Source of the DNA: Tubiluchus corallicola
Lineage: Eukaryota; Animalia; Priapulida
DNA: 64,000 bases
Direction: 5' to 3'
Assembly: GCA_030141605.1 (NCBI GenBank)
Contig: JAQGDQ010000589.1
Location: forward strand, 62,001-126,000
A model generated the notes under the pieces. The model did not search any database, was not told where the DNA came from, and saw only the letters and a program-made list of their open reading frames with translations. A program made the translations under genes and the position numbers. How positions within the stretch are numbered: the stretch's first letter is position 1; every line of letters starts with the position of its first letter. Shown piece by piece: positions 1 through 13,335 of this stretch.

Positions 1-117
1 GCTATTTGGAATATCCATTGTCTCTGAGTTTGGGAAATTTCGCGGCTGTTCCAGGCATTGTTGTCACCCGCCGTTCTACAGTGATTTAGATTTTATACGT
101 AAATAAGTTGTGTTAGC

Positions 118-545
118 CTATTTGGTGCTGGTGCTGTAGGTGTCACCATCGCTCGCGTCATCATCATCGCCATCAACATCATGATCACTGTGTGATGTGG
201 TGGGGTTGTGTGGCATGGTTGTGGTAGTGTGCTGTGGGTGTTGTGCTGTAAATGGCATGATGGGGTGGTAGGGTGCGCATGGGGTTGGTGGAGTGGTGTG
301 GGTGGTCTGGTGGGTGTGGTTTAGTGTAGTGCGAGTGACTTGGTGTTGATGACGTGGTGTGGAAGGTGTTGGTGTAGTGTGGGTGGTGTGGTGTTGTGTT
401 GTGGTATGGTGCAGTGTGGTGTGGTGTGGATGATGTGGACAGTGTGCTGTGAGGGAGTGTTGTGTTGGTGTGGTGTGGTGTGATGTGATGTGTGGGTGGT
501 GTTGTGGCATGGTGTGGTGTTGCAGGTCGGTGTGGTGAGATTTGG
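118..545. repeat. Degenerate (TGTGG/TGG)-rich low-complexity tract; with its flank it is an inverted homologue of 26200-26840
   Basis: GT-rich degenerate repeats. The reverse complement of bases 35-62 (acaatgcctggaacagccgcgaaattt) matches ~26784 (acaatgcctggaacagccgcaaaaatt), next to the CACCA-rich tract. Confidence 0.7.
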
Positions 546-759
546 GTTGCAGTTGTGAGTTTTTACTACGAATGCTCTGATTATTTATTCCGCGTTACTG
601 CCACAACCTCTGTATGAAAAAAAGGCAGATGCAAGTGGTATAAAATGTCAAGCTGGATTTTTCAAGCTATAAAATGGAGCGGTATAGGTGGAGGGTTTTC
701 TTGTACTTAAATGGAATACAGCATGAGTGTTACATAATTCGTGTGCTAGTTAAAAGTTT

Positions 760-2023
760 TGTTCAGATGTGGTGTAATCTGTTGCACTCATTGTGATAAT
801 GCAAACGACTAAGCGTTGGCAACTAATACATAAACATTCAATTGCATTAATATTGTAGAAATAATTATTAAGCAACATCAACAAAAAATGTATGTAAAAA
901 ACACTATCATTAGTCAAACACTAATTTAACTACTTTAAAATGAGCTAAATATGGTTACCTTTTACCATGTTTCCAAAATAAACAAAACACTTTAAGCCAG
1001 AGGCTTACTGTCTCAAGTCGATCAACTAACAAATAAATTGCCAAATAATGCACCACAGCTAAACCTAACTAAAAAGGGGTACCTATTTGTCTAGCTTACA
1101 TGCCACCCCAAATGATGTAGTCCTCGCTAGCGTTATGATGATCAACCGGCATTATCTCACTTAGAAAGTACACAATGGAGGTTGCGTAGACCTACTAAGT
1201 TTACCGTAGGGCGCCTCTATGATGAGGTTGCTACTCAGTGTCATCTTAATGTCATCACCAATTTCTTGAACAGCAAGGAGGTTAAGTTCAGCTTCCACGC
1301 AACTGCTAGCATCAGATAAGCAAATACTGAATCGTGCAAATTACAGTCTCTGGGTTGTTACCGTACTGGGGGGGTGCCTTGTCACTTCAAACATGGATCA
1401 GCCTCTCAAAGGTTTGTCGGTAAGCCCATAGCACTTCCCAACAATACGATCACAGCAATAAGACAAAGTCTTAATCGTCACCAAACTTTGTGGAAATGTC
1501 TCTCATCAAAAACATCTGCCCCCTCAAGTTGTCCAATAATTTCAGATCTCATGGACAAAGTCACCATACGTTATAACTGACTACGTGGACAATACTACTT
1601 GCACGTCATATCAGTCTACGTGCCGTACCTGGAGTAAAGTTGCTGACCTCTTTTTGATACCTGCCAGAGTAGTAGGCATAGGTATACGCTGGCTTCCTAC
1701 AGCTATCATTACAAGCGATTAAACTGGCCCTCCCTTAAACAGTACTTACTAACCTTCGCTAATGGCCATTATCGTTTACAGGCTATAGAAAAGATCTTTT
1801 TAATGCTAATGTTATTTTACTTCCACATTTGAAGGAAAGGTAGAATACATATTGAGATATGCACAGCACAGAAGGGCCAAAAATGATTGGGGTTTGTGTT
1901 TTCTTTCCAAACTCTGCAACTGGGCTGACCAACCAACTGACAGACTAACTGAACAAACACCACACTCACATGACATAAGCTACTACACCAGTCTATTTAT
2001 GCGGGAAGCTGACATGCACGTTT
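760..2023 (+). repeat. Dispersed ~1.26 kb repeat (family B), uninterrupted copy
   Basis: Colinear, high-identity match to 43305-43634 plus 44916-45818, e.g. 'cactatcattagtcaaacactaatttaactact' and 'ggtatacgctggcttcctacagctatcattacaagcg'. Confidence 0.85.
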
Positions 2024-2556
2024 CACCTGTGGTAATACAAGAAGATTTAAACTTTGGGTTATCATCTCATGCGTTTTGAGGTATTACATTAAGTATTAAT
2101 TTTTTATTATATTATCGGTTATTTATTATATTATGGGTTGATTTTTATTGCGTTATGCGATATTTTTATTCACTACTATGCAGGACGTTTATTACATTAT
2201 CAGTTGCAACATTATGCTGTCGCTGGAGCTGTGGTATCGAATCTATCCAGGTACCAATAGAATTAACAAAATTATATTAGATTCAATCTCTTTTAAAAGT
2301 AAAACCCAAATTGCTCTTTTAAGTCTAAACCAGTTTTAAACTCGGATTAGCTTTTCCCACGCCGAGTGTTTGCAAATTTCTGTCATTTAGAAAATCAGCT
2401 TTACAGAGTGATCATCCAGGTAGAAAAAAAATGAGCGTTCTGTGTTGCTAATAGCTTTGAGGGATTAGAGTCTCTTCAACTTACAGAATCCAAACACTGA
2501 TAACAATCGTGATCCTAATTCTTAAATGTCATTACCCCAACCCAACATTCAAGGAA

Positions 2557-2674
<118 letters not shown>

Positions 2675-4773
2675 GCATGATAAAACATTTTGGGCCAGTA
2701 GCAAAAAATATTGTATTACGTATCGCAAATATGTGCTTAGAAAATCAATTATGGCCTTGGACGTGCACGAAAGTAATTCCACTAAAAAAACCTAACAAAA
2801 TCGATTATTCAAATGCCAGTAATTATCGTCCAATAACCATTTCTTCGTATGTAGGTAAACTTGTTGAGCGTTTAATATCAAATAGACTTAAAAATCATTT
2901 CTTTCAGTTAAACTGCATTGATACAGAGCAAGAAGGCTTCATAAAAGGCAAAAATACAGTACGTTATTTAACCAGATTAGTTACTGATATGGAAGACGAC
3001 ATTTTGAATAATGCATACGGTATAACAATTTGCTGTGATTACGAAAAAGCGTTCGACAGTGTTTGGGTTGAAGGTTTATTATTTAAACTTATTTGTGCAA
3101 ATGTACGAGGGTCTATGCTACGCCTTATAGCATATATATTACAAAATCGCAATATCTGCATAAAGATAAATGATTATATGTCCGATCAATATCGATGCAA
3201 TTTAGGACTCCCACAGGGGTCAGTTATAGCCCCAATACTGTTTATATTTTTCATTGCAGATATGTTTTATAATATGCATGACTCTGTTAAAAAGTACAAG
3301 TATGTTGATGATGGATCTTTGCATGTGTCAAATACAGACCCGCAAACTTGTGTTACAATTGCACAAAGCTGTTGTGATGTGCTTCACAAATGGTGCCAGA
3401 AATGGCGTTTAAAGATAAATACGTTACCTGGTAAGACAGAAGCATTGCTAGTAGGGGCATGGGATGAAAATAACAAGCCAGACAATTTAAAAATTAGTAA
3501 CAATGAAATATTGTTTGTTGAAGACAGCAAAATATTAGGCCTAACTGTTGATCGGAAATTAACATTTGTTAAACACGCGGGCAATGTTCATAAAAAGGTA
3601 TGGTATAGATGGTTGAAAGTAAAAAACAATTGCAGTAAATATGCAGGTTTGCGACTTGCTACCATTGTAAATATTTATAAAACTACTATTTTGCCGATTA
3701 TACTGTATGGTGCTATTGTATGGTTAGGTAAAAAACTTACTGTATTTGAAGATATAACCTATGATATAATGAAAGTTTCTGCGGGGTTGGCTTTTAAACC
3801 AGATCGTACTAAATTGGAATTACTTTGTGGTCTTCCACCGTTAGACATTGAACTAAATGTAATTGTGGTTAAATCATGTCTTAAGACATTATGTCAGAGC
3901 GCTAATGATTTAGTAAAACAACAGATTCTGCGGTATGGTAGTACACGTCTGACAGGAAGACATATTTATAAAAATATTATGTATACAAATGTGCAGACTG
4001 TGAGAAACTTTTTAAAATTTGTCTGGAATGAAAACTTTCGTAATACAGATCTTGAACAAATTCCTGAAAATATGTTAATTTATACCAAACGTCAAATTAC
4101 AGATTATGTTTCTTATACCTGGGCAACTAAATATAGCCATGTTATGCAATTTCGAGGAGATAATGTTGAAATACAGAATATAAAATGTACACCCTTAAAT
4201 TTGCCGCTTGGAAATAATGAAAGGAAAATAGAATCCATTGCCATGTCCTTTTTAACTGGTCAGGGGAATTTTAACAGCTTTTTGTATAGACTTAATATGT
4301 GTGATACTAGTTTATGTCCATGTGGAGAAGAAGAGCAAACTCCTCAGCACATTTTATTCAGATGTAATAAAATAGATAATGCAAAAAGAATGCCGTTCAT
4401 GGAAATAGCTGATGCCAATTATACACGTAATATTATGCTTCAATCTGATAAAAATTTAATAATGGCTTTCACTAACCTGATCAGGGACAATTTTATACTA
4501 AGTAACTGTTAATTTAGGCCCGCTCCAGTATAAAAAAATAAATTATGTAGTTGTGTAAAGTTAATTTGTTTGTATAATACTTGTGATTCGTTTGAAATTA
4601 TATCTAATTTAAGTATAAAATGTTATTCGTTGTACATAGTGTGAAACTGGATTTAAAAGATTTGTTATGTGAAAATGTAATTTGTTGATCTGAGCCTGCA
4701 AAAAGAGGCACCTTTGTGTATATATATTCATTTCTTTAATAAAGATTTATTATTATTATTATTATTAATATAA
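2675..4773 (+). mobile_element. 5'-truncated non-LTR retrotransposon (I/R1-group-like, no RNase H evident) with AATAAA and (TTA)n tail, inserted in (TC)n
   Basis: Uninterrupted RT ORF; polyA signal at ~4738 followed by a (TTA)n tail. TC repeats flank both ends, and the element is absent from the paralogous site at ~36430-36625. Confidence 0.9.
2677..4512 (+). CDS. LINE ORF2 fragment: reverse transcriptase plus C-terminal CCHC knuckle (endonuclease lost by 5' truncation)
   Basis: RT motifs [48 protein letters not shown] and KILGLTVD; [12 protein letters not shown]; FLTGQGNF...[17 protein letters not shown]. Confidence 0.9.
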   Translation: MIKHFGPVAKNIVLRIANMCLENQLWPWTCTKVIPLKKPNKIDYSNASNYRPITISSYVGKLVERLISNRLKNHFFQLNCIDTEQEGFIKGKNTVRYLTRLVTDMEDDILNNAYGITICCDYEKAFDSVWVEGLLFKLICANVRGSMLRLIAYILQNRNICIKINDYMSDQYRCNLGLPQGSVIAPILFIFFIADMFYNMHDSVKKYKYVDDGSLHVSNTDPQTCVTIAQSCCDVLHKWCQKWRLKINTLPGKTEALLVGAWDENNKPDNLKISNNEILFVEDSKILGLTVDRKLTFVKHAGNVHKKVWYRWLKVKNNCSKYAGLRLATIVNIYKTTILPIILYGAIVWLGKKLTVFEDITYDIMKVSAGLAFKPDRTKLELLCGLPPLDIELNVIVVKSCLKTLCQSANDLVKQQILRYGSTRLTGRHIYKNIMYTNVQTVRNFLKFVWNENFRNTDLEQIPENMLIYTKRQITDYVSYTWATKYSHVMQFRGDNVEIQNIKCTPLNLPLGNNERKIESIAMSFLTGQGNFNSFLYRLNMCDTSLCPCGEEEQTPQHILFRCNKIDNAKRMPFMEIADANYTRNIMLQSDKNLIMAFTNLIRDNFILSNC

Positions 4774-6224
4774 TCTCTCTCTCTCTCTCTATTGTCAATA
4801 GTTTTTTCAATTGATCGGTTAAATGTAGTTGATCAAGCGACTTTCTTCGCGTTTTGCCTTTGCGTTACTTTTGTCTAATTTGCATGTCGAAAGGTGATCT
4901 GATTAAACTGCCCAGATAGAGTAAATTATCCCGCCTTGAATACTTGATACAATGATAGTGACTGTTTGTATTACCAGTGGGCTAATGCTAATCCGGTAAC
5001 TTAATCCTATAAGCTGCTTAACAACTCGGGATTGAAGAAGCAACACGCTGTAAAATAACAACGAATCAATTCAGTGATTTTGGGGGTCCTTAACAGCGCA
5101 ATAGAAGTTATTTATATTTTGCGGAAATTAACATGAGTAACATGATAAACACGATAAACATCTAGTAAAGAGCAAAGTGACTTTTAAACTTCTTGGGGGA
5201 TGATTGTGACGTATTTGTTAAACTTTTTGTCAATATTCTGATCTCATATTAATTGCCACACAGCATCAGATGAAAACATTTTTATTTTATTATCTTACTG
5301 AAGGCGTTTATGAAAATAAATGTGTTTTTGACCTGTCTAGCAAATACTTACTTATTTCTACTTGCATTTATTTTTAGGAATTTTGTTTTTCTAAGTCGAT
5401 TAGCTCTTAGTATCTTCTCAAGATGTTTACAAAGAATCTCACAATGACAGGTAAAAGGAAGTTTATGGATCAATGACTGGCGTCAGGCTATTAGGATTTA
5501 CGCCATTCATCCCGTGAAAAACTATTTAGGTAATTTCTAGTGAACTGACTAGCTGCATGTTTTCTAGGATTTGAGCAAATTATCTTTGAGTTAATCGGCT
5601 TAGACCTGGATGAAGCTTTTGTTGTTGAGAAGAGCGAGTCGTGTTTGTAAATTGAGCTGTCATTTAGAAAATGAGCGTCTGCATTCAAGAGAGAAGCTTT
5701 GATCTGTAAACAATAAAGCTTTGAAATCTTAAGCTCCTCTGAAATGTAAAACCTGCAGCATAAAGCCAAAGTTCGTCAACCTTCAGTATTGGAGGCTGGG
5801 ATAATGAGATGCTATAAACTGATTCAATGCGTTGCCATTACTATCGTAAATTTTTATTAGGTTTGAAAAGAATCGGCGCAATGCATTTCAAATAAAATGC
5901 AAATAACAAATAACGAATTTCTGAGCTGAAAACTGTATGTGATAAACTTAAAGGACTAGAAAAGGGGCACATGAAGTGGTATCAGAAAAATCGCCTTAAA
6001 AATTATATTACTTTACAGCAAGTTTAGCGTATATCTTACTCGTAGTTTTGTTTGTTTTCATTTTAAATTTCCCGTGATACTGTTCCGAAGTTGCCATTAC
6101 ATGACGTCATATACGCGCAACGTAAATCAGTATTAATACCCCAACTGGTATTGTAACAGTTTACGATATACAGTCAGACCTCGTTATAATACCCCCCCCC
6201 CCACACTTCATAATGTCGTTCAGC

Positions 6225-6660
6225 GCCCATTCGTTTGGCAAAACAAAATGTCCTAGACGATCCACTAACACTTGAAGAAGTACTACAGAAAGTCATTGCA
6301 TCCCAGAAACAAAGCGAAACTGCAGGTTCTGATGGAATCCAGACGTATCTTTTCAAATATTTGAGCATGGATTAGTTAATGCTATTAGTTCATCTGTTAA
6401 ATTTGGTTCTAATGAATTATGATTTTCCTTCAGCATGGTGCCTGGTTAAGCTTGTTTTTCTCATTAGAAAAAGGTTGTGCGGTTGTTTGAGAAAATTACA
6501 GAAGCATCAGTATAATTCAAGGATGTTGTAAACTGCAGGATTCTTTAATAAACGAGCGAATAAAGTTATGGATAAATTCTAAACCCGAGCAAGCAGGTGA
6601 CCAATCAGGAAGAGATTGTGTTGACAAATCCTAACCTTGTGACTTCTAACTGATGATGCA
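6225..6660 (+). pseudogene. Degraded LINE RT N-terminal fragment (paralogous copy at ~34070-34510, minus)
   Basis: Translates as ETAGSDGIQTYLFKYL...LVHLLNLV...FPSAW, followed by an NYRSISI-like segment, with stops and frameshifts. Confidence 0.6.
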
Positions 6661-6729
6661 GCTTACAGTTTAGTTCTGGGAACACACGTCTCCACCTATC
6701 TGTCGATTTCGGAATTATGTTCATTTGTG

Positions 6730-9700
6730 TGTTTAGATGAACCTTATAAACTCTGCTGACCTAGCAACTCTCGTCAGTTTCTTGAAATTGATTAATAGTC
6801 ATTGCACACAAAATTGTTTTCTTGACATAATTAAGACTTGCAGCACGGTGTGGGCTGCCGTGTCATCCGTCCTGCCTCCACTATGAGCGGACGGCAGTCC
6901 ACTGGAGTCAGAACAAGTGGGGTGTTACCCTCATCTGGGCATTCCGATTATCGTACTATCGTCTTATCAAATCAGACAACAGTTGTCTAGTATTTCTGAG
7001 AGTTTTCAAGACATGAGACATGTGGTTGCTACTCTGCCTCAGGCAATTTCCAGTGCCATTTTGGATTTTACTGCATGTCGCGCACCAGAGACGCCTACAA
7101 CAGGTGATACTTTGACAAAGAAACCTCTTTTGGGTTCTACCCCTTAAATGGCTAATACTGGCACTGCTGATGCTCAGCATCAAAATCAAGGGTCTAGCCA
7201 GATCCAAAATGGTCCTTCTGGTTCTACCCCACGTGTACGTTTTGAAAGTGGCCTAGGCCAGTCTTTTGAGCCCAATTTGTGGACTTCTGGTTGTTCTACT
7301 GCACAAACAGGTTTGGCAACCATCACCGTGGCACAAAACGTTGATAATGCTGCTGCAAACATGGCGAGTGACACCAGTATGCATTCATCCCCAACTGCAG
7401 GACATTTTGGACAAAACAAAACACTTGATTTACTGCGGCAGCGCTTCCTTTGGCCAGGTATGCAGCAAAATGTTGAAATATGGACGCGAACTTGCGAAAT
7501 TTGTTGCAAGAAAAAGGGATCGCAGCGAAAACCTCCGGCACCTTTACAACTATACCGTGTGGGCACCCCTATGGAACGAATGGCCATTGACGTGGCAGGA
7601 CCTTTTCTGTTGTCTAATTCTAACAACAAATACATATTAGTTGCAATGGATTATTTCACAAAATGGTCGGAATGCTATCCCTTAAAAACCAAGAAGCCGA
7701 GACTATAGCTGCAGTATCGGTAAACGATTTCTTTTGCCGATTTGGGTTACCAAACGAAATTCACTCAGACCAAGGCCGAAATTTTGAAAGTAAGATCTTT
7801 CAGCAATGCTGTAATCTTATGGGTATTGAGAAAACTCGAACGACTGGGCTTATCCCAAAAAGCGATGGAATGTGCGAGCGCTTTATAAGGACCATTTCGC
7901 GAGAGCTTGCGCAATTCACTAGTGCCAACCAGCGTGGGATGAAAAGATTCCTTTGTTTTTGCTTTCATACAGATCAGCCGCACAAGACTCAACTGGATTC
8001 ACCCCTGCTCAAGCCATGTTTGGTAGAGAATTAAAGCTGCCTCTTGATCTATTAACAGGACGCCCACCTTCAAACATTGATTCAAGTACTGTCGTCCAGT
8101 ATGTTAAAAATCTTGAGAATCGTCTACATGTCCTTCACCATTTCGTCAGAGAAAACCTTTGCATTTCCCATGAAACAATGCGTAGACGCTATAATGTCCG
8201 TTCTCATTATGTTCAATTTTCTGTTGGGGAAAAACTTTGGTTTTTTAACCCTCAGCGTATAATTGGTCGCAGTCCAAAGCTTCAGTCTGATTGGCAGGGA
8301 GCTTATGAAATCATAACACACCTCTCAGATGTTGTCTATCGTATGTCGGGACCAAGACAAAGATGCAAAATTGTTCATGCAGATCGTCTATGGCGTTATA
8401 CACCAGCCACTGGATTTTCCTGGACACGTGGTGAAACGCCTTCACTCAATGAATTATCTGACAGCCAAGCTACAGTAACTTATAGCCTTGATCCCAAATT
8501 TGTGCCGACAAATCGGCCGCCGATAACTCCAATGCCGATCCATCGGGTATCGATAAATCTAAAACTAAACAAAACATTGAATTCGAGCCACAGCTGACTG
8601 CAGTTGACCGATCTGTATCTCTCGATTCCTTCAAATTGCCGCCACCTTCATACTCACCATGCAGAATAGCTGATTATAATGATGAGCACAATGAAAACGC
8701 ATCGAGTTTTCCAGCCCAAATTCCAGAACTACTTAATTCCTCCATGCCAGCCTTAATTTTTATTCGTGATCCACTTTTCCTTTCCCATGACAATTCATCC
8801 AGCGGTGATGTACGGCTTTCATTGCCCACATTCACTCCGCCTGTACCAAAATCACGAACATCCACACCCGAAGGAGTTGATTTCTCAGAGTCAACTACAC
8901 TTAATTTACTTACTCAGCCGACTCTGCTGAATTTATTCCCGACAAATCAACTCGACAATTCATTAACGAATGGATTCCTGGTAGAGGCGAACATATTAGT
9001 TTTTCTTCTACGTTTTTAAATGACGGTATTGGAAATCGAATGTGTTTTCTTTAATTAAAAGATTTTTGAACTTTTTTCTTAATTGTGATTTTAACTTTAA
9101 AAAATAGATTATTGTAAATTGTCATTTGTTCTAACATTTATCTCAAGAGAAAAATGGCAGGACAAACATTTTGCTTTTTGCTAAACAATTACTGTTTGTT
9201 TGGACTGTTTCATCTAAGATGTACTAGTAAACAGTCGTGATCGAAAATCTTAATTTCGTTGTTTTAAATCAACTGAATTCAGTTGTTGGCTAGTTCTAAT
9301 TAGTTTTTTCTTTCTCGATAATTGATGTTTATTGTTGTTGCTTTTGTCCATAGAGGTCCTATTTCTAGTTTCGTGGCAAGGCCTTGGTCCATTCGTTACC
9401 ATGTGAACAGAGAGACTTTGACCACTGACCAACCCTCAGTTGCCTAAATCAATCAGACAGTAAGGTGATAAGTTTTTTTTACAAATTTAAGTTGTCAGCG
9501 ATTGTTTTTGCTCATCAAAGATGTTGTTTTATTTAAAGATAAAGTGGCATATAAACGTTTTGCACCTTTTTTTGTTTCCTGCTATGAATATAGATGGTGT
9601 AAGTAGATTAACTACCTTTTTTCTTCTGTTGTACAGCACACCTTATTTGGAAATTTATGGAGAATCGACGTTTTTCGGCATAGAAGCCAATAAGCTCAAT

Positions 9701-10224
9701 AAATCTTATGCGTCGTCTCCAGTGAAAATTCACTTGGACTAACAGTATGCTTGACATGAGTACTACTAACGTTGATCTTTTCCAGGCAAGCTCTACCAAC
9801 CCAGGTGTTACGTCAGTGGTATCGGATGCGCTGTTGCTTGACTAAGGGCTAGTCCACACCTCACACCTTACTTGCATTTGCTTGTTGAGACATGATAATT
9901 GATACTGGTGAATCATTACGAACTGCAGATCGTGCTGATTATTTATGCTACGTTTACGTTTATTTGCTGATAGCGCATTTTTGCATTGTTAGGTAGACAT
10001 ACTTAGGCATATTTAGTTGGAAGTTTTCTAAGTCGACTCGCCGTTAGATAAAAATTGTTGTTACGAGAAATGCAATGTCTAACTTAATCTTATTCAAACA
10101 AAAAAACTGAGATTGTTTCGTCTTTTAATTTGAAATTCAGTAGGCGTTATGCACTAGCTCATGTTGTTTTGTTGAATTGCCAGTCTTTACAAAATACTTC
10201 AGTAATTCTATTTGATTAATGGAA
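6730..10224 (+). mobile_element. Internally deleted Ty3/Gypsy LTR retrotransposon: 5' LTR remnant, PBS, integrase and long 3' region; truncated at a (TA)n run
   Basis: The LTR 3' end (6830-6902) resembles the end of the minus-strand LTR at 19205-19290. PBS-like TGGAGTCAGAACAAGTGGG at 6903 (tRNA-Leu type). Integrase motifs follow. Confidence 0.85.
7370..8420 (+). pseudogene. Gypsy integrase (H2C2 zinc finger, rve core, GPY/F-like C-terminus), frameshifted
   Basis: H..PTAGHFG..KT...RFLWPGM...C..C; ERMAIDVAGPF; YILVAMDYFTKW; RFGLPNEIHSDQGRNFES; SDGMCER; TGFTPAQAMFGREL; KLQSDWQGAYEI. These are spread over three frames. Confidence 0.9.
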
Positions 10225-12241
10225 ACAACTATATATATATATATATATATATGCTTTCGCTCAGTCAAAATCGTTTTTTTTGTTGGTACATTGCCCTGTA
10301 CATAGTGTGTCACTTTGGTTTTTTGTATAACCTTCATTTTAATACTTTTCTATTAATCACGTGTGTTACTAATAACTTAATACTTAAGTGACTTAATACA
10401 TAGGTCCAACAGGTCTCCCGGGAATTTAGTAGCGTTGTACTAATAATATAACTTAGTATTTATTACTAATGACAACGCAGAGTTTTTTAAGTTTTTCAAT
10501 GAATGGTCATTACATGTGTCATATTATAATTATTATTTTATCTGTTTTTCATGTCATTATTGTTACATGCAATTGACGTTTGAACATATTTTTCATTGAT
10601 TTCATTGATAATTAGATCATTAACAAAAAAGAAAAAAGGCACGTTTGTTATTTCAGTTACAAATTTAAAATTTCCTTAATAAATGAACAAAGCGACAGTT
10701 ATAACTGATGTTCCCTTTTGCAACATATTCTTTATTGTAGTATAAAAGATATTGATGTTTTCAAAACTTTTGTGAGTGCTGTGTAACATTCTTAATGCAG
10801 CAGTTTATTAATTATATGGCTACGTATTTTATTGTTTCTGTTGTTACATGCATCAAAACTATTACAGCCTGCTTTTTAGTATTGATTGTTACATTGATTC
10901 TGTTTTTGTGAATGTACGTGCCTTTCTATAACATGTATATGTTGGCATTTCAGCTTTCATGACATTTTTTTTTTGTTTGGAATTTGGACCTAGTGCAACT
11001 TTAATAGTTCATTGTTGGTTTATTAGCTTATGAAAATTACCTGTAGATATGGTAAATACAGACTTCAAGTCCTTATGTGTACTTTGCCTAGCTTATAAAA
11101 ATTCGATGAAGATACATAGTGTCACTTTGATTCATTTGTGATTTTCAAACAAGTCTATTGCTGCTTTACTCATCTATTCCAAACAACAAACGTTTTGGCA
11201 AATACCTTATGTGATGTGTTTACATTGTATTTTTGGTGAATGCTAATTTTTTCTAGACAATCAATTTTTGGCAAGACATGTAGTCATGTTTTTTGTTGTT
11301 ATTTGTCGCGTTAAAGACCATTCCTAAGCCTACAGTGCAGTAACGTTCCATATTTGTGCAAGAACTTTAATCATCGGCTATTCTGTAAATATAGATTTTC
11401 CGAATAATTAATGAAACATAATTCTTAAGATTTGATTCCACAAAAATTTATTTTGTGCCATTCCATTTTTATCATTGAAAATGTTCATTTCATCTGGGCC
11501 TCTCATGGTTGTGTTTATGGTAATTGTACGTTGCTAGTGTCGACTATTCTTGGGTAGTGAGGCCTGGTGATTTGATTTATTTTGCTGTATTGTAATGCTG
11601 TCTAGCAATATTCGAGAAAAAATAAACTGATAATAATAAAAAATTGCCCAAAAATTTATAAACCTTATAGGAGGCCAGCTTTTTGACGAAATAATTAGGC
11701 CTTTCGCAATGCTAAAGTTTCTGTCTAATTTTGATGTTATTCTCGGGACCAAATACTAAAAGAAAACACCAAAAAATATGTTCTTGCCGTTTTTTGTGCT
11801 AAGGCTACTTTTTACATTTTAGTCCCTTGACCAATGATAAGAGTTATTAACAAATTTTTTTCCGAAATTTATATCGTAGATTTCAGACCCGAAAATATTT
11901 AAGGCTTTTCTGTAAGTGCACAATTAATATGCGGTACAAATGTATGTACCGACTGTCTTTAAATTATGAATATGCGTTTATTTGTTTGCGTGAAATTTGT
12001 AATCCTTCATAAAAGAGTCTTACTGCATCACAAAAATGCTAAATTTCAGGCTTTGCCGTTGAATGTAAAAAACAACATTGACCGTATAAAAGCCACAACA
12101 CGGTGAACACCATTCATCGCTACTTTACACCGCTCTGGGTTTCCGACGAGGTTGCAAAAATATTTATTGGTTTATCTTAAACTTGTTGAACACTTTTTAT
12201 TTGTGAATTTATTGAACTAAAACTTGATTTGAAATAAGAAA

Positions 12242-13335
12242 ATGAATAAAAACACAGCAACATGCATATGGATTTTTTGCCTGGTTTTAGTTTCTTTGTG
12301 CACAATTAACATACCATGTAAACTAGTGGAGAATGCTGGGAAATTTAGAGCCAAAAGTTTCTTTCAAGATCCAAGCACACAAATAAATAAAAAAGTTATA
12401 CTGCTCTGGAATTGGTACAATCACAGTAAGGTCTGGGAGCGAGTTGAAAATCCTTTTTCTCGTCTGTGTCCAGATCACCAAAGAAACTGTGAAACAACGC
12501 ACGACAAATCTCGATTGAGCGAAAGCGCTGCAGTGGTTGTACATATGAGGATAGGAAAAGAGTTTCTAACAGATCCCTTTCCTAGTTCCTGACCGTCACG
12601 GCAACGATGGATTTTCTTTGTTACTGAAAGTCCCATCAGAAAGAAATTTGCTACACGTGGTAAAAATCCAGATTTGACACATTTAAACAACATATTTAAC
12701 TGGACTATGACATATCGTCAAGATTCAGATATTCCACGTTTGCATGGAAGAGTTGTTAGAAAAAAGGAAACGATTGTGAAAATTCCAAAAGGAAAAACGA
12801 AACTTGTTGCATGGTTTGTAAGTAACTGCAAAACAGACTATACCGGCCGCATGGAATATGTTAGAGAATTAAAGAAGTATGTAAAAGTAGATGTTTACGG
12901 CAAATGTGGCAATCTAACATGTATGGAAAAGAATTCTTGCATGGAAATGCTAAAAAGGGACTACAAGTTTTATTTATCATTTCAGAATTCTTTCTGCCGT
13001 GACTACATAACTGGAAGTGTACAATATATTGATGTATGACGTTGTACCAGTTGTCAGAGGAAGTGCTGACTATAGTAAACTAACACCCCCTCATTCAGTT
13101 ATCAACACAGCTGAATTTTCATCACCAAAACACTTTGCCAAATATTTACTATACTTAGACAAAAATGACACTGAATATTTCAAATATTTTCGTTGAAAGA
13201 AATATTATGGCATAAAACGAAATCCTGATGAATGTTTTTGCCTTTTGTGTGAAAAATTGAACAACCCATAAAGTTTATAATATTCACGACTGGTGGGTTG
13301 TGCAGGGAAATTGTGTCAGAGCTAAAAGACATTAG
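12242..13335 (+). pseudogene. Alpha-1,3/4-fucosyltransferase (GT10), intronless, disrupted
   Basis: N-terminal signal anchor; QRWIFFVTESP, FNWTMTYRQDSDI, VAWFVSNC, VDVYGKCG, YKFYLSFQNSFCRDYIT, YDVVPVVRG, PPHSVIN, FCLLCEKL, DWW. In-frame TGA at 12590, frameshift near 13012, TGA at ~13194. Confidence 0.9.

Noticed and set aside
118-510. His/Thr/Pro-rich ORFs here and at 26024-26695
   Set aside because: Translations of low-complexity CA/GT tracts.
5491-5769. 92-aa ORF conserved at 35455-35733
   Set aside because: Conservation reflects recent DNA duplication. It has a TTG start, and the older copy at ~52020-52300 has stops in this frame.
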